Positions 45,801 to 55,300 of a stretch of DNA of 64,000 nt are shown here, one piece after another (position 1 is the stretch's first letter; each line of letters opens with the position of its first letter). The notes beneath the pieces are model-generated. The model ran no database searches, had not been told where the DNA came from, and saw nothing but the letters and a program-made list of their open reading frames with translations. The stretch covers positions 186,001 through 250,000 of the forward strand of contig QPMI01000522.1 in the NCBI GenBank assembly GCA_004431415.1. The letters are read 5' to 3'. Position numbers and translations under genes: made by a program. Origin of the DNA: Cyanophora paradoxa CCMP329. Lineage: Eukaryota; Plantae; Glaucophyta.

Positions 45801-47178
45801 TCGTATGCTTGTCCTTGCTGACATGCCCGGAAGTGGAAAGTCGACCCTCGGTATTAATTGCTTTGCCTCTCAAAAGTCAAATTGCTTAGTCATTTGCCCC
45901 TATAACAAACAGTGCGCAGAGCTGAGGGACTCTCTCAAAGTCCGCGGAATCGAGAATATTACCGTTCGCACTTTGTATAATGTTCTCGGGATCCGTGTCT
46001 CAAATGATCAGACCTACGAAGAGGCTATGAGCGAAAAAGACCAGAGGGCGTTTGTCTCCGAGTTCAGCCACATTATGTTCGACGAGATATTCGCGTATTC
46101 TGTAAAAGATCTCGCTAAGATCAAGTCGTTTATCGATCGCTATCCGGATATCAAATATTTGGCTAATGGCGATACCTATCAGAACGAACCGATTAATGAT
46201 GAGCTATCGGTTTCTGATCGCAAGGGCTACTATAAGCGCGCTGTGCAGAGCATGTTCCCTAACGTCCTGAGTCTACGCATTAACAAGCGGCACAAGAAGG
46301 AGACAGACCGTGAATTAATTCGGGCGATTAAAGAGGATCTCTTCGAAAACGGACTCGAAGCCGCACAGATTATCTCGAAATACGGCTTACCGACAATTAA
46401 TGATCTAAGCGCTATTCCCGACGGCTACTTTGGCATCGCTTACAGAAACGAAATGACCTTAGCCTACAACAAACTGATGCACGATAGACGCAAAGTAAAT
46501 ATCCCAACCGTAGAGGTCAATGGCATCAAATTCTACAAGGGTTTGGAAGTCGTTTGCCGCAAGTATCTACGCATTTCGCGGTCTGAGGGCGAGTCTATAA
46601 ACGCATACACGAATTACACCTATCGAATCACCAAAATCACAAAGCAAATGGTCACATTAACGGACGTTTTCGATGGTGTCACGTTTGAGGTTCCGTGCGC
46701 GATGTTAGAACATTTTTCTCTCCCTTATGCAGGAACAGGTCATTCAACGCAAGGTCTCACACTTGATTCGGGCATTGTCATTTGTGAGGCTACGTTCCGC
46801 TATACCACTCGCGAATGGTTCTATACCGCTCTCACTCGTAACCGCGATCTGTCCACTGTGCTGATTTATACACCGATTCACAAGTTCCAAGGAAAGAGCG
46901 ACTACATCGAATATCTGAAAACGAAGATCCGCGGTTATAAATGCCAGGATCAGCGTGCCGGGCGCGATTTCGATGAGGCGGATTATATTACGCCGGAGTG
47001 GATATTAGAGCGCAAGAAGCAACAGAAGGGCGCCTGTGCGATCTGTTCCCTTCCGATTCCGATTGAGCCGCAAGATCCGAATTATAGGCTCGTCGTGGAT
47101 CGCATTAACAACAGGCGCCCACATCTTAAAGACAATTGTCAACTCGCGCATCACGGGTGCAATTGCAGCAAAAAATAA
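42868..47178 (+). CDS. Family-B DNA polymerase + SF1 (Pif1/RecD-like) helicase + C-terminal HNH fusion
   Basis: Pol motifs VDMAKCYPS, K..L...IGML, RTDCL; helicase PGSGKST, FDEIF, GD..Q..P, HSTQGLT, YTALTR; CAIC...VDRINN..PH..DNC....GCN. Confidence 0.85.
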   Translation: MPRATNRIANNVRDEIIGYIMQGLSQDLLTEEQAHWAMHNTMNRKPKLQTLIDIRDTLNGIINPRVFRRAERKEKRAARTQVNIEKQKQKEQEAKRLQRFDRKREQKRAKEAKLEAKQQRGKLKAVEDAIKRTILDPIAAYDPETLATITFKLWAPGSGARSSEVIVIPGIPESNMPDRTFVTYRNLRETVSVSVLRSFALAKIDSVYGILTAQNRYYSEERDSIFDLLENYDELKIRLGTFGQAYEMFFFKTPPTEEQKKLRKGFDDFGGSIDDAFITVHEVAIDGDEGVEDDGAGAIPGNRYEFLDEELMDSMRCTAIMSKFTDYTLNPNASEFEDIIELPKSSTSNACGYDMIISTWGASIKKCQEAPKPRYTDLTMSYDGLYKFFHGRERTPGDSLALTLRHIEKFCKRIQTGFRVFDVDGKLIHKFAAESINKNIFPRNIHFMIHNKHIYIFNDNIKSLEMRMAKMEVEELDNHVPKSNSSLALYKIPTCLTHDIFAHTSKDLLKITQLKLSPDERSFIRILYTGREGLEGLLFTFLKMRYEPAVKLTPSKQIDSITFKANGSMFSIKDPRTTDHFIEQDFETEEYYNKVCEIGKGFRESLLNATNISHYSPNMREILTHYKRSALSGFFYKPNPKATYTAVDMAKCYPSILKGMQYLPKYNVFDDFVPFKAGSDILEYAIYYVRVVAFEREQATFADDEDIDYDAAMSRKIDGIEIILDRAFSVSGRCYNFMTGYTLSMHWADVKDKIEIIAVAEPSHLVPNTSIAEMQKVLSSDIQTTDKKHILVKEIGMLGKFQDSQTSTKMFYNRAEAERFAQECGGTVEVFTFNPKNSKRVKTLSEFEGHIYFVKISSHRELVNGFLPIHFHIYDRNRANMFAQYKRLTARGHKVAGIRTDCLYIEGSWTSKKEFDRNAFENMGKFSYIPGKRCPENALRPPRGVTLEFQDPETLINRFSLRDEFNPECFNWVAELHNRMLVLADMPGSGKSTLGINCFASQKSNCLVICPYNKQCAELRDSLKVRGIENITVRTLYNVLGIRVSNDQTYEEAMSEKDQRAFVSEFSHIMFDEIFAYSVKDLAKIKSFIDRYPDIKYLANGDTYQNEPINDELSVSDRKGYYKRAVQSMFPNVLSLRINKRHKKETDRELIRAIKEDLFENGLEAAQIISKYGLPTINDLSAIPDGYFGIAYRNEMTLAYNKLMHDRRKVNIPTVEVNGIKFYKGLEVVCRKYLRISRSEGESINAYTNYTYRITKITKQMVTLTDVFDGVTFEVPCAMLEHFSLPYAGTGHSTQGLTLDSGIVICEATFRYTTREWFYTALTRNRDLSTVLIYTPIHKFQGKSDYIEYLKTKIRGYKCQDQRAGRDFDEADYITPEWILERKKQQKGACAICSLPIPIEPQDPNYRLVVDRINNRRPHLKDNCQLAHHGCNCSKK

Positions 47179-47196
47179 ACAGGGTTAATTAGAAGA

Positions 47197-48367
47197 ATGT
47201 CACGGATCGTCAGAAGGGTAGCGGGAGAGGAGACAGAGACCACCATACTACCTATCGCGGTTCCTGAAACTGAGCAAGTCCCCAAAAAATCACAAAACGC
47301 CAAGCAAAATCAAATTTATTAGGAGATGTTCCTTTTAGCATTGCTAACCCGTCCTCGAAGATCGTGCGCCGCATGTATGACCCAAAGACAGGTTTTAAGA
47401 ACCCATCGGCATTGTACGAAGAGCTGAGAAAAGAGGACAAGAGCCTCACATTGAAAGAAGTGCAAGATGTCGCAGCGAAACAAGAATTTATGCAGATTAA
47501 CAAGAAGCCCCCAGCACCGACCCAAACAGCTTTTATTCCCATCACAGCCCCGCCGTGGTGCTATCAAGCGGATCTCATATTTTATCTCTCATATGGCAAT
47601 TATAATTCCGGCTACATTGCAGTCCTTACTCTCATTGAGATGACAAGCCGAAAAGCATATGCCAAGAAGTTAAAGAATAAGGAGGGCGCAAGTGTTGCCG
47701 CCGCTTTTGCGGAGATGCTCACAGATCTCCCGGCTCCGATGATTCGATTGGAGACAGATAACGGCTCAGAATTCATCGCGAAGGAGTTTCAGGAGGTCGT
47801 TAAAAGCAATGGAATAGAGCACCGCTTTAAACAGGTCGGAGATCACACTTCGCTGGGAATAATGAATCGCTTTCATTTGACCCTAAAAACGATGATAAAC
47901 AATTACTGTGTCGCATATAATACTGTGCGGTTTATGGACAAGCTGGACGACTTCGTTTTCAATTACAACAACACGATTCACCGAACCATAGGAATGAAAC
48001 CCGGGATGTTAAGCTTTCTGATATGGAGCGGATCCGAGCGGCTATTATTTCAAAGAAGAACACAATCGTAAAGGATATATTCAGCGACTTTAAGCCGGGT
48101 CTCCACGTCCGTGTATTATTGCCAAGATCAAAGTTTGATAAAGGAGCAACACAAAGGTATAGCAGAGAGGTCTACAAAATTGCGGGAAGGAGAGGAAACG
48201 CGATAGAGGTGCAAGATGCAGCGGGGAACGTAATGCCGAAGCTTTTTAAGCCGCACGAATTGCAAATCATTACAGAGGTCGAGGCAGTGGTCGAGCCCGC
48301 AGAAAATGCAATTAAAGCAGCCGAAATGGAAGCCGCTTCTATCCGGCAGGTTCAAAAGAAGGCATAG
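47197..48367 (+). CDS. Retroviral-type (rve) integrase, frameshifted in this assembly
   Basis: YDPKTGF, YQADL, TDNGSEF, NYNNTIHRTIGMKP, C-terminal VRV...FDKG....YS.EVY; -1 breaks near 47285 and 48003, and probably 48357. Confidence 0.9.
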
Positions 48368-48614
48368 ATGTCGCCGCAAGTGTTCCAAAAGGCGCATTAT
48401 TGGAAGATCGCGCAGAAAAGACAAAGAGGGCGCTGAGAGAGCTCGCTAAATTAACGATCGCGGGAACTGAGAAGCTCTCAGAGGTAAACAGTCAGCGGTG
48501 GTATAAATCATTCAAGAATCAGAGCGCAAGCTACACAGCCCCTACTACGCGCATTCTTCGGTCTTCTCGTTCATAACAAACCCGAAATTATTTTCTCCGG
48601 TAAATATAAAAGAG

Positions 48615-48928
48615 ATGGAGGGTGAAAAGTATTATGTTGATATTCCGTTTGATAAAAAAGACGTTGCGAAATCCCTCGGTGGAAAGTGGGATCGTGAGAA
48701 TTCATGCTGGTATGTCATGAAGAAAGATCACCCCCTATGCTCTCAGTTCAAAACTCTAAGCTATGAGCAAGTGTATCAAAGAAACGTGAAGGTTTACCTC
48801 GATATTCCTTATGAATTTAAGGATCAAGCGAAGGCTGAGAAAGCCCGCTGGGATCCGTTATGAAATCCTGGTATGTCATGGGTCTCGATCACCCGCTAAT
48901 GGGCAAGTTTCCGATCAAGGAGCATTAA
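48615..48928 (+). CDS. Tandem DUF5710-like domain protein (one frameshift)
   Basis: YVDIPFDKKDVAKSLGGKWD...WYV repeated as YLDIPYEFKDQAKAEKARWDP / MKSWYV after a -1 break at ~48858. Confidence 0.75.
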
Positions 48929-48953
48929 ATATATCTGTCGTTTTTTTCATTTT

Positions 48954-49344
48954 TTATGAAATTGGGAACCTTTGCTCGACCTGTAAGTCCCACTTTCGCA
49001 CTTTCAGCCTTTCCTGTATGAGATCGTTAATGTCCTGTGCTATACCCATTGTCTTCGCTTCGGCATTTGAGCCGCATGTAAAGATATCGATCGCTAATAG
49101 CCCCTGGTCGCTATAAGAGTGAGCTGTGGCATGCGACTCATCTAATAGAAAGCCAATCGCGAAACCGGGAGGGGAATTAGAGCCATCGAAAATGCATGTG
49201 TGCTGGTGCACGATGCGCATATTGCGATCTGTGATATATTGCGATAGGTTCGCTGTGATCCACTCGGCGCATGCCTCCGGGACTCAGTAAACGGCTCGGT
49301 TATATAGTCGAGCATAACGTGGTAGCCGCGGTATCGGAATCCAT
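48954..49344 (-). CDS. S-adenosylmethionine decarboxylase-like pyruvoyl enzyme (SpeD class 1B-like), frameshifted
   Basis: LLDESHATAHSY...AIDIFTCG with E-SH self-cleavage site; N-terminal GYHVMLD in an adjacent frame; two -1 breaks. Confidence 0.8.
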
Positions 49345-49597
49345 TATTAATTATTTAACAAATATTTTAATGACCATATGATATCTACATGTGCGTGCTG
49401 GTCTCATCAAGACGGTCACGGCGCTATTTTCATTTTTGAATGGCGATGAGTTGGTGAAGAGATACAGGGGTTTGACGGTTTGTATGGCGGTTTTCGGCTT
49501 TTTGTTTTTTTGTTTTTTTGATTTTGTTTGTTTTTAGTTTTTGTTCGAACTCTGGGTTTTTTTGCATGTGACACCTGTTAACAGCTGTCAGTTTTTA

Positions 49598-49683
49598 GGT
49601 ATCCCCCCTTTCTAGACCTTTCTAGTAAACCGGTAGCCCCCCTTTCTAGACCTTTCTAGTAAATCGGTATTCCCCCTTTCTAG
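49598..49683. repeat. 34-bp tandem repeat x2.5
   Basis: Unit GGTATCCCCCCTTTCTAGACCTTTCTAGTAAACC. Confidence 0.9.
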
Positions 49684-49950
49684 TGGCTTGTGATTGGTCG
49701 AATACCACAACAAAAACATTAATTACTACTTTGTGGCATGCTATATGTTTTCGGAATCGCCCCGATATGATGACCCCGAATATGTCGGTGACGCCGGTAT
49801 ATATATGTATATGTCGCCATATGAGAAAAAAAACAAAAAAACAAAAAAATCAAAGTTGTGCGGGATCACACACACGGAGGTTCGGACATATATACGAAAT
49901 ATATACATGACTTAATCGTTATAGTTTTTCATGGAACTCGCATGTAGTTT

Positions 49951-50511
49951 GCATGTATCTTGCATAGTGGGCGGGGCGCGAGTGGTTCCAGTGCATTAAA
50001 TGGAACATTTCGATTGAAGTCGCGAGTGTGTGCAGGTGGGCATTTTCGGCATGCTTGCTCATGCACAAACTTGCTTTCGTTATTTTTCATTGCTTGCGAT
50101 AAATCGATTAATCGTGTTCTATCGTCGTACTTTGTCGATTATCGTACTCTATCGGTGGGGTTCACCTTGATTTCGTATTTGATCCATCCGGATTAAGGCT
50201 ATCGGTGGGGGTCACCTTGATTTTTCAATTTGGGTAACTGTAAACAGTCTGGAAACGATCGGGAACATTTCGTAAAAATAAGGGTCTTACTGTCCTTACT
50301 GAGAAATCGAGAGAGGGTTTTAGGGCTTACTGAGAATGGTAAGGAATTAGAAAAATGAAGAATGAAAGGGTTTCGTGATTGGTTTCAGTAAGGAGAGGTT
50401 AGATGTTTGAAAAATGTAGTGTGGCTCAGTGCGAATTTGTGATTTTGTGACTGAGATTCGTGATGCTGTAAATGTGCTTATTGAAAATGGTCGCGCGCAA
50501 TTGGTGGGGGT
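49951..50511 (-). repeat. Right terminal inverted repeat (outer block plus inner modules)
   Basis: Reverse complement of 25495-25817 and of modules within 26237-26378. Confidence 0.9.
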
Positions 50512-50970
50512 GACCTGCATGCGAGCCACGCCATGGAGAACCCAGACTTTGCATTTGACTACTGATGTCGATCTGAACATGACAAAAATTTGAAAATGGC
50601 CATGGCTGCTGCACATGTCGTCTGTCCCCTCATCCGCATGGCCTCAAGTGCAAAAGTCACTCCGACGTTCTTCCCAGGCGCTAGCTATATATATAGCTAT
50701 AGGGTTTCAGGGCTTCCAAACAAGTCGGGGACCCGGGGGCTATATATGGTTTCCGAGAAGGGGCTAGGGGCTAGGGTTATAGGGCTATGTACGGTTTCCA
50801 AGAAGTTCAAAAAAGGCGTGGGGCGAGGGGGCCGGGCGATCGCGAGCAAGGGGAGGGCGGGGGCCGGGGGCCCGGGGGAGGGGGGGGAGGGGGCGAAGGG
50901 GAGGGGGAAGGGGTGGAAGGGGGGATCCGGAGGGACTCGGGGAGGGGGCTGCAATATTAAATTAATTTGC

Positions 50971-51482
50971 CGAGGCGGCTCGCCGAGGCGGGGCGCGCGG
51001 CGCTGGCGCTGCGGGCCCGAGCGGAGGCGGCGGAGGGCCAGTCGGCCGCCCTCTCCGGGCGCCTTGAGCACGCCCTGGAGGTGCGAAAATGGACTCAATT
51101 TCCGAGGGTGTAACGTTAACGGATATCGATATTTTGCGGGCAGGTCGGCGAGGCGAGGCTGGGCGGGATGACGGCGGGCGAGCTGCTCGGCCTCTCGCGG
51201 CGCCTGCAGCAGGCCTCGGAGCACGTGGCGGAGCGCTTCGCCCGCGCCGCCGCCCGCGAGGCCGCCGGCGCCGCGGCGCGCCCGCCCCCGCCCCCGGCGA
51301 CCTTCGACTGCGGGGTCTGCCTGGAGGCGCGGCCGCTGGCGGCGCGGCGGGCGGTCGTGCCCTGCGTGCACGTGCACGTCTTCTGCCTCTCCTGCCTCAC
51401 TTCTGTCCGCTCGCGGGGTGACCCCTGCCCCACCTGCCGCGGCGAGATCCGCGACGTCAGCCCCGTCCATGACGGCCTCTGA
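50971..51482 (+). CDS. RING (C3HC4) finger protein, 3' exons
   Basis: CGVC...VPCVH..FCLSC...CPTCR; upstream coiled-coil exon; 5' end not found. Confidence 0.7.
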
Positions 51483-52376
51483 CGAGCTTTAGCTGGGACC
51501 TCGAGCTCGCTTTGGCGCCGGCGACCTCTTCATCGTCTTCTGGATCTTGCGTTAACGTTAGTGCGGCCGCTATGAAATTTGCACTCGATCGCGATCTCAT
51601 GATCACGATCGTGCACGCTTCAAAAAATTCGCAACGTTCACTAAATTCCAATTCTGCGAAATTCGAAGGACGCGCGAAGGGGCTCGCGCTCTCCCACCTG
51701 CATGCCGTGGCAAGCAGCTGCAATTTGCGGCGCCCCACCGTAGTCTCTCAAACAAATCCGACCAGTAGATAATTGCGATCTTCAAATAGTATGTAAGCGC
51801 TGTACGAAATAACTGTTCATTAAGCTTAAGCAAGCGGAGAAGAATGCGTGAGAATCGCAGGGATGGTTAAAGGTCGAGACTGTATATATCTATGAGGTAC
51901 TTTAGCTATATAACTATAGCTATTATATAGCTACCGTGTCATTCATAACAATGATCGACACTGCACGATGTGGAAAAGAGAGCCCGGCCCGTTCGGATCT
52001 AGAAGCGGCGGAATCAAGCCTGCTCAAGTTGATACTATGCGGAACTGAAATGTAGCTATAGTCTCAGTTTTGCGTCACTAGTTATATGCATTAGACTAGC
52101 TATAGTAGAACTATATAGGAAAGAACAGCGCCTGTACTATTCCCGCGCCACCGCCGGTGCGCAAAGGATTAGAAAGCAGCAAACAGGAAATTAAAATAGA
52201 TGTTCAGGTATATATATAACTGTGGTCGATAGCACTAGTTGTATAGTAGTAGCAGTAGTAGAATAAGCGCTAATTATAAGCTATCGGGCGCCCGAGCCCC
52301 GGGTTGGGGGCGGAGCCAACCAGCCGGCCAGCCAGCCAGCCGGCCAGCCGGCTCGCTCGCCCGGCCGGCCGGCCGG

Positions 52377-55300
52377 CTAGGGCTGGAGCTCGAAGGGGGC
52401 CGGCTCGGGGAAGAAGGCGGCGAACCAGGCGCGGAGGGGCGCCTCCAGCGCCCGCGCCTTGTCCGGCGCCAGGTCGTCGTTCACGCAGAAGAAGGCCGGG
52501 CGCGTCGCCACGATCGGGAAGAGCTTCGTCACCAGCTGCGCTTGATTATGTGAGCTTAAGCAAGTAAGCTTTAGCTTAATTAATATAAGATAGAGTAAGC
52601 TTAGTTATGTCATCAGCTGCGCAGTTATGTAAGCTTAAGCCCTCCTGTTCTGCTCTAGGAAGAGGGCGGGTCGGAAGGGTCGGAAGGAAGGAAGAAAGGG
52701 AGGGAGGGAGGGAGGACCGTGGTGGGGAGGATGGTCTTGAGGGTGATGAAGAAGGTGTGGAAGCGGTCCGCCTCGAGCTTGGGGAGCTGGGCCCCCGGCG
52801 GCGTCGGCGGCACCCCGCCCGGCGGCACGTACGGCGGCGCCGCCGGCCACTCGCGCTCCGGGGTCGTCTTGTAGCGCGCGAGCAGCGGCCAGCGCGCCTC
52901 GGCGGCCGGCGTGCGCAGGAGCTCGCCGTAGAGCGCCGCCGCCGCGTGCGCCGCCGAGCGGGGCGCCAGAGCCAGCGCGTCCTCCAGCTGGGTACACGTA
53001 CGTTCGGCTGGGGTACGGGAGCGGGGGCGGGGGGAAGAAGCGGCGCACGGGGACGGAGGGCTCGGGCCCGGAGCGGGGCCACTGGTCCTCGCGGGCCCAC
53101 GGCGCCCCCTGGAACCGCCGGAAGAGCGGCCGCCTGCCCCGCCGCTCCACCTAACAGACAGCAGCAACGGCTCAGGGAGCGGGCGGGGAGGGAGGGAGAA
53201 GGGAGAAGGGGCGCACCTCGCCCCGGAGGTCGGCCGCGTATCGGAGGAGGGCCGCGAGGGCCTCGGTCGCCGCCTTCTGTTTCTCCTTGTCCCCGGCGCC
53301 GGCCCCGGCGCCGACCCCGCCGGCCGCCGCCGGGAGGAGGGCCCTCAGATGGCCGGGAAGCGCCTCCAGCTCGCCCCTGTCCAGCGCCCCGTCCCCGTCC
53401 CGGTCCCTGGGGTACAGGGTTCATCGGGAGGGGGCGGGGGAGGAGCGCGGGAGGGAGGGGTACGGGGCACCAGAGGTCGGCGGCGACGGCGCGCAGGGAC
53501 TCCTCCGCGTACCGCTCGACGAGGAGGTGCGGCGCCAGGAAGAACACGTGCGCGTCCTGCGGAAGGAAGGGGGGGGGAGTACGCGCGTTGGAAGGGGGGA
53601 GGGGAGGGGAGGCGAGGGGGTACGGGAAAAGGACCTCCTTGGAGCGGAAGCGGCGGCGGGCCTGGGCGCGGAGGGCGTCGGGCCACGTCTCCGCGACCTG
53701 TCCGGGGGCGAGGCGGGGGAAGTGAGGGCGGGCCGGAGGAAGTTAGCCGCAGAGCGGGGCGGGGGCGGGGGCGGGGGCGGGGGCGGGGGCGGGGGCGGAG
53801 CGGGGGCGGGGGCGGGGCGGCGCACCTCCCTCAGGACGGCGACCTCGTGGAGGCGCGGCATGTGCGAGACGTACCCCCGCTGCGCCTTCCCGAAACGCTC
53901 GTCTGCGATGCCGCGTCGGGGGTACGCGAAAGGTGGAGGGCGTTTGAGGGGGAAGGGGTCACCGAGGAGGCGGTTGCTGTTGATGAGGGCGTCCCACTCG
54001 GCCTGGAGGCGGCGGCCGGTGCCTCCTCCCGCCCCGGCCCCCGCCCCGGCTTCGAGCTCGGCCCGCTTGACGCGCCACAGCGCCGAGTCCACGGGGGCCT
54101 GCACGCGCCGCTCAGGAAAGGAAGGAAGGAAGGGAAGGGGCGTTCTGGGCTCCGGCGCACGCGGGAGGCGGGGTCGGTCTCCTTGGCGCCGACGGGCAGG
54201 TGGGACTCGAGGAGGAGGCGGAAGCCGCGGCGCGGGGACCAGAGCTCCGCCAGCGCCAGCGGCCGCCCGACGAACATGTCGTCGTTGAAGAACAGCGCGC
54301 GCTGCGAACGAAGAAGTAAGGAGAGGCGGGGGGGGGGAGAAGACGGGGGGTAGGGGCGCCTTGGAGATCCCGGGGATGCGGTGCAGCTGCGCCTCGATGG
54401 CGAAGGAATTGAAGACGGGCAGCGCGTCCCCCTGAAGCGGGGGCGGGGCTCGAAATTCCAAGCGGGGATGAAGGGGGCGGGGGGGGGGGGGGGGAACGAA
54501 AGAAAGGGGGTACCTCCTCGAAGAGGGTGCGGTGGTCGACGACGACGACGCGGCGGCGGCGCCCGTCGCGCCCGACGAACTCGACGGCGTCCGACCCGTC
54601 CTGCGCCGTGCTCGGCGCCAGCCACGCCGGCCGCTGGCCGTCCGTCACGATGTACACGTTCCTGCGCGGCGGGGTACGCGATCACGCGGAGCTGGGGGGG
54701 GGGTACGCGGGGGGGGGGTACGCGTACGCACCCCGTCCAGTTCGTGTACTGAAAGACGCTCCGTAGGCTGAACTTGAGCTCGTCGCGCTCGACGAACCTG
54801 TACCCCGTTACGTCGGGAACGGCGGGCGCCCTGGACGTCGACGGCGGGGCGCCCACCTGTTGGCGCCGTTGTCGCTGGTCTCGGCGGGCTTGCCGATCAC
54901 GGGCTTGCCGTTCGCGGGCTTGCTGCTGCTCGCGACCGGGATTTCCGATGTGTGCGCCTCGCGCCGCCGCGCCCACGCCGGGTCGCTCCCGTTCACCCTG
55001 CGGCCGCGCGCGGCCGAGGCGTCTCGCCGCGTCGCCGAGGGCGCGGGCGGGCGGGCGAGCGGGCGGGCGCACCACGTGTACACGACGTCGACGAGGTCGT
55101 CCGAGGCATCCGAGGCGCCGGCCGCCGCCCCCGCCGCCGCCCCCGCCGCGCGCTCCTCCCGCTCGGCCGCCGAGAAGCGCGTCAGCTCCGCCCGCACCGC
55201 GCGCAGCACCTGCGCCGCAACGCGCGGGCGCCGGTCGGCGGGAGCGGGAACGGGAGCTGGGGCGGGGGCGAGGGCGGCAGGTATAGAAGGCCTAAGGGCG

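Larger units (their letters stand above)
25495..50511. mobile_element. Endogenous Polinton-like virus, apparently full length (~25 kb)
   Basis: Sharp drop in GC, intron-less dense ORFs, long TIRs, MCP, two pentons, A32 ATPase, PolB-helicase, rve integrase. Confidence 0.95.

Noticed and set aside
47990-48010. Programmed -1 frameshift in the integrase at AAACCCG
   Set aside because: The heptamer is out of phase for canonical slippage, and neighbouring genes have the same kind of break, favouring indel error or decay
49598-49683. CRISPR-like array
   Set aside because: Contiguous tandem repeats without unique spacers; no cas genes; eukaryotic context
25485-50520. Canonical 6-bp TSD and AG...CT Polinton termini
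   Set aside because: Flanks CCAGGAGA and GACCTGCA do not match; the termini are not AG/CT-type
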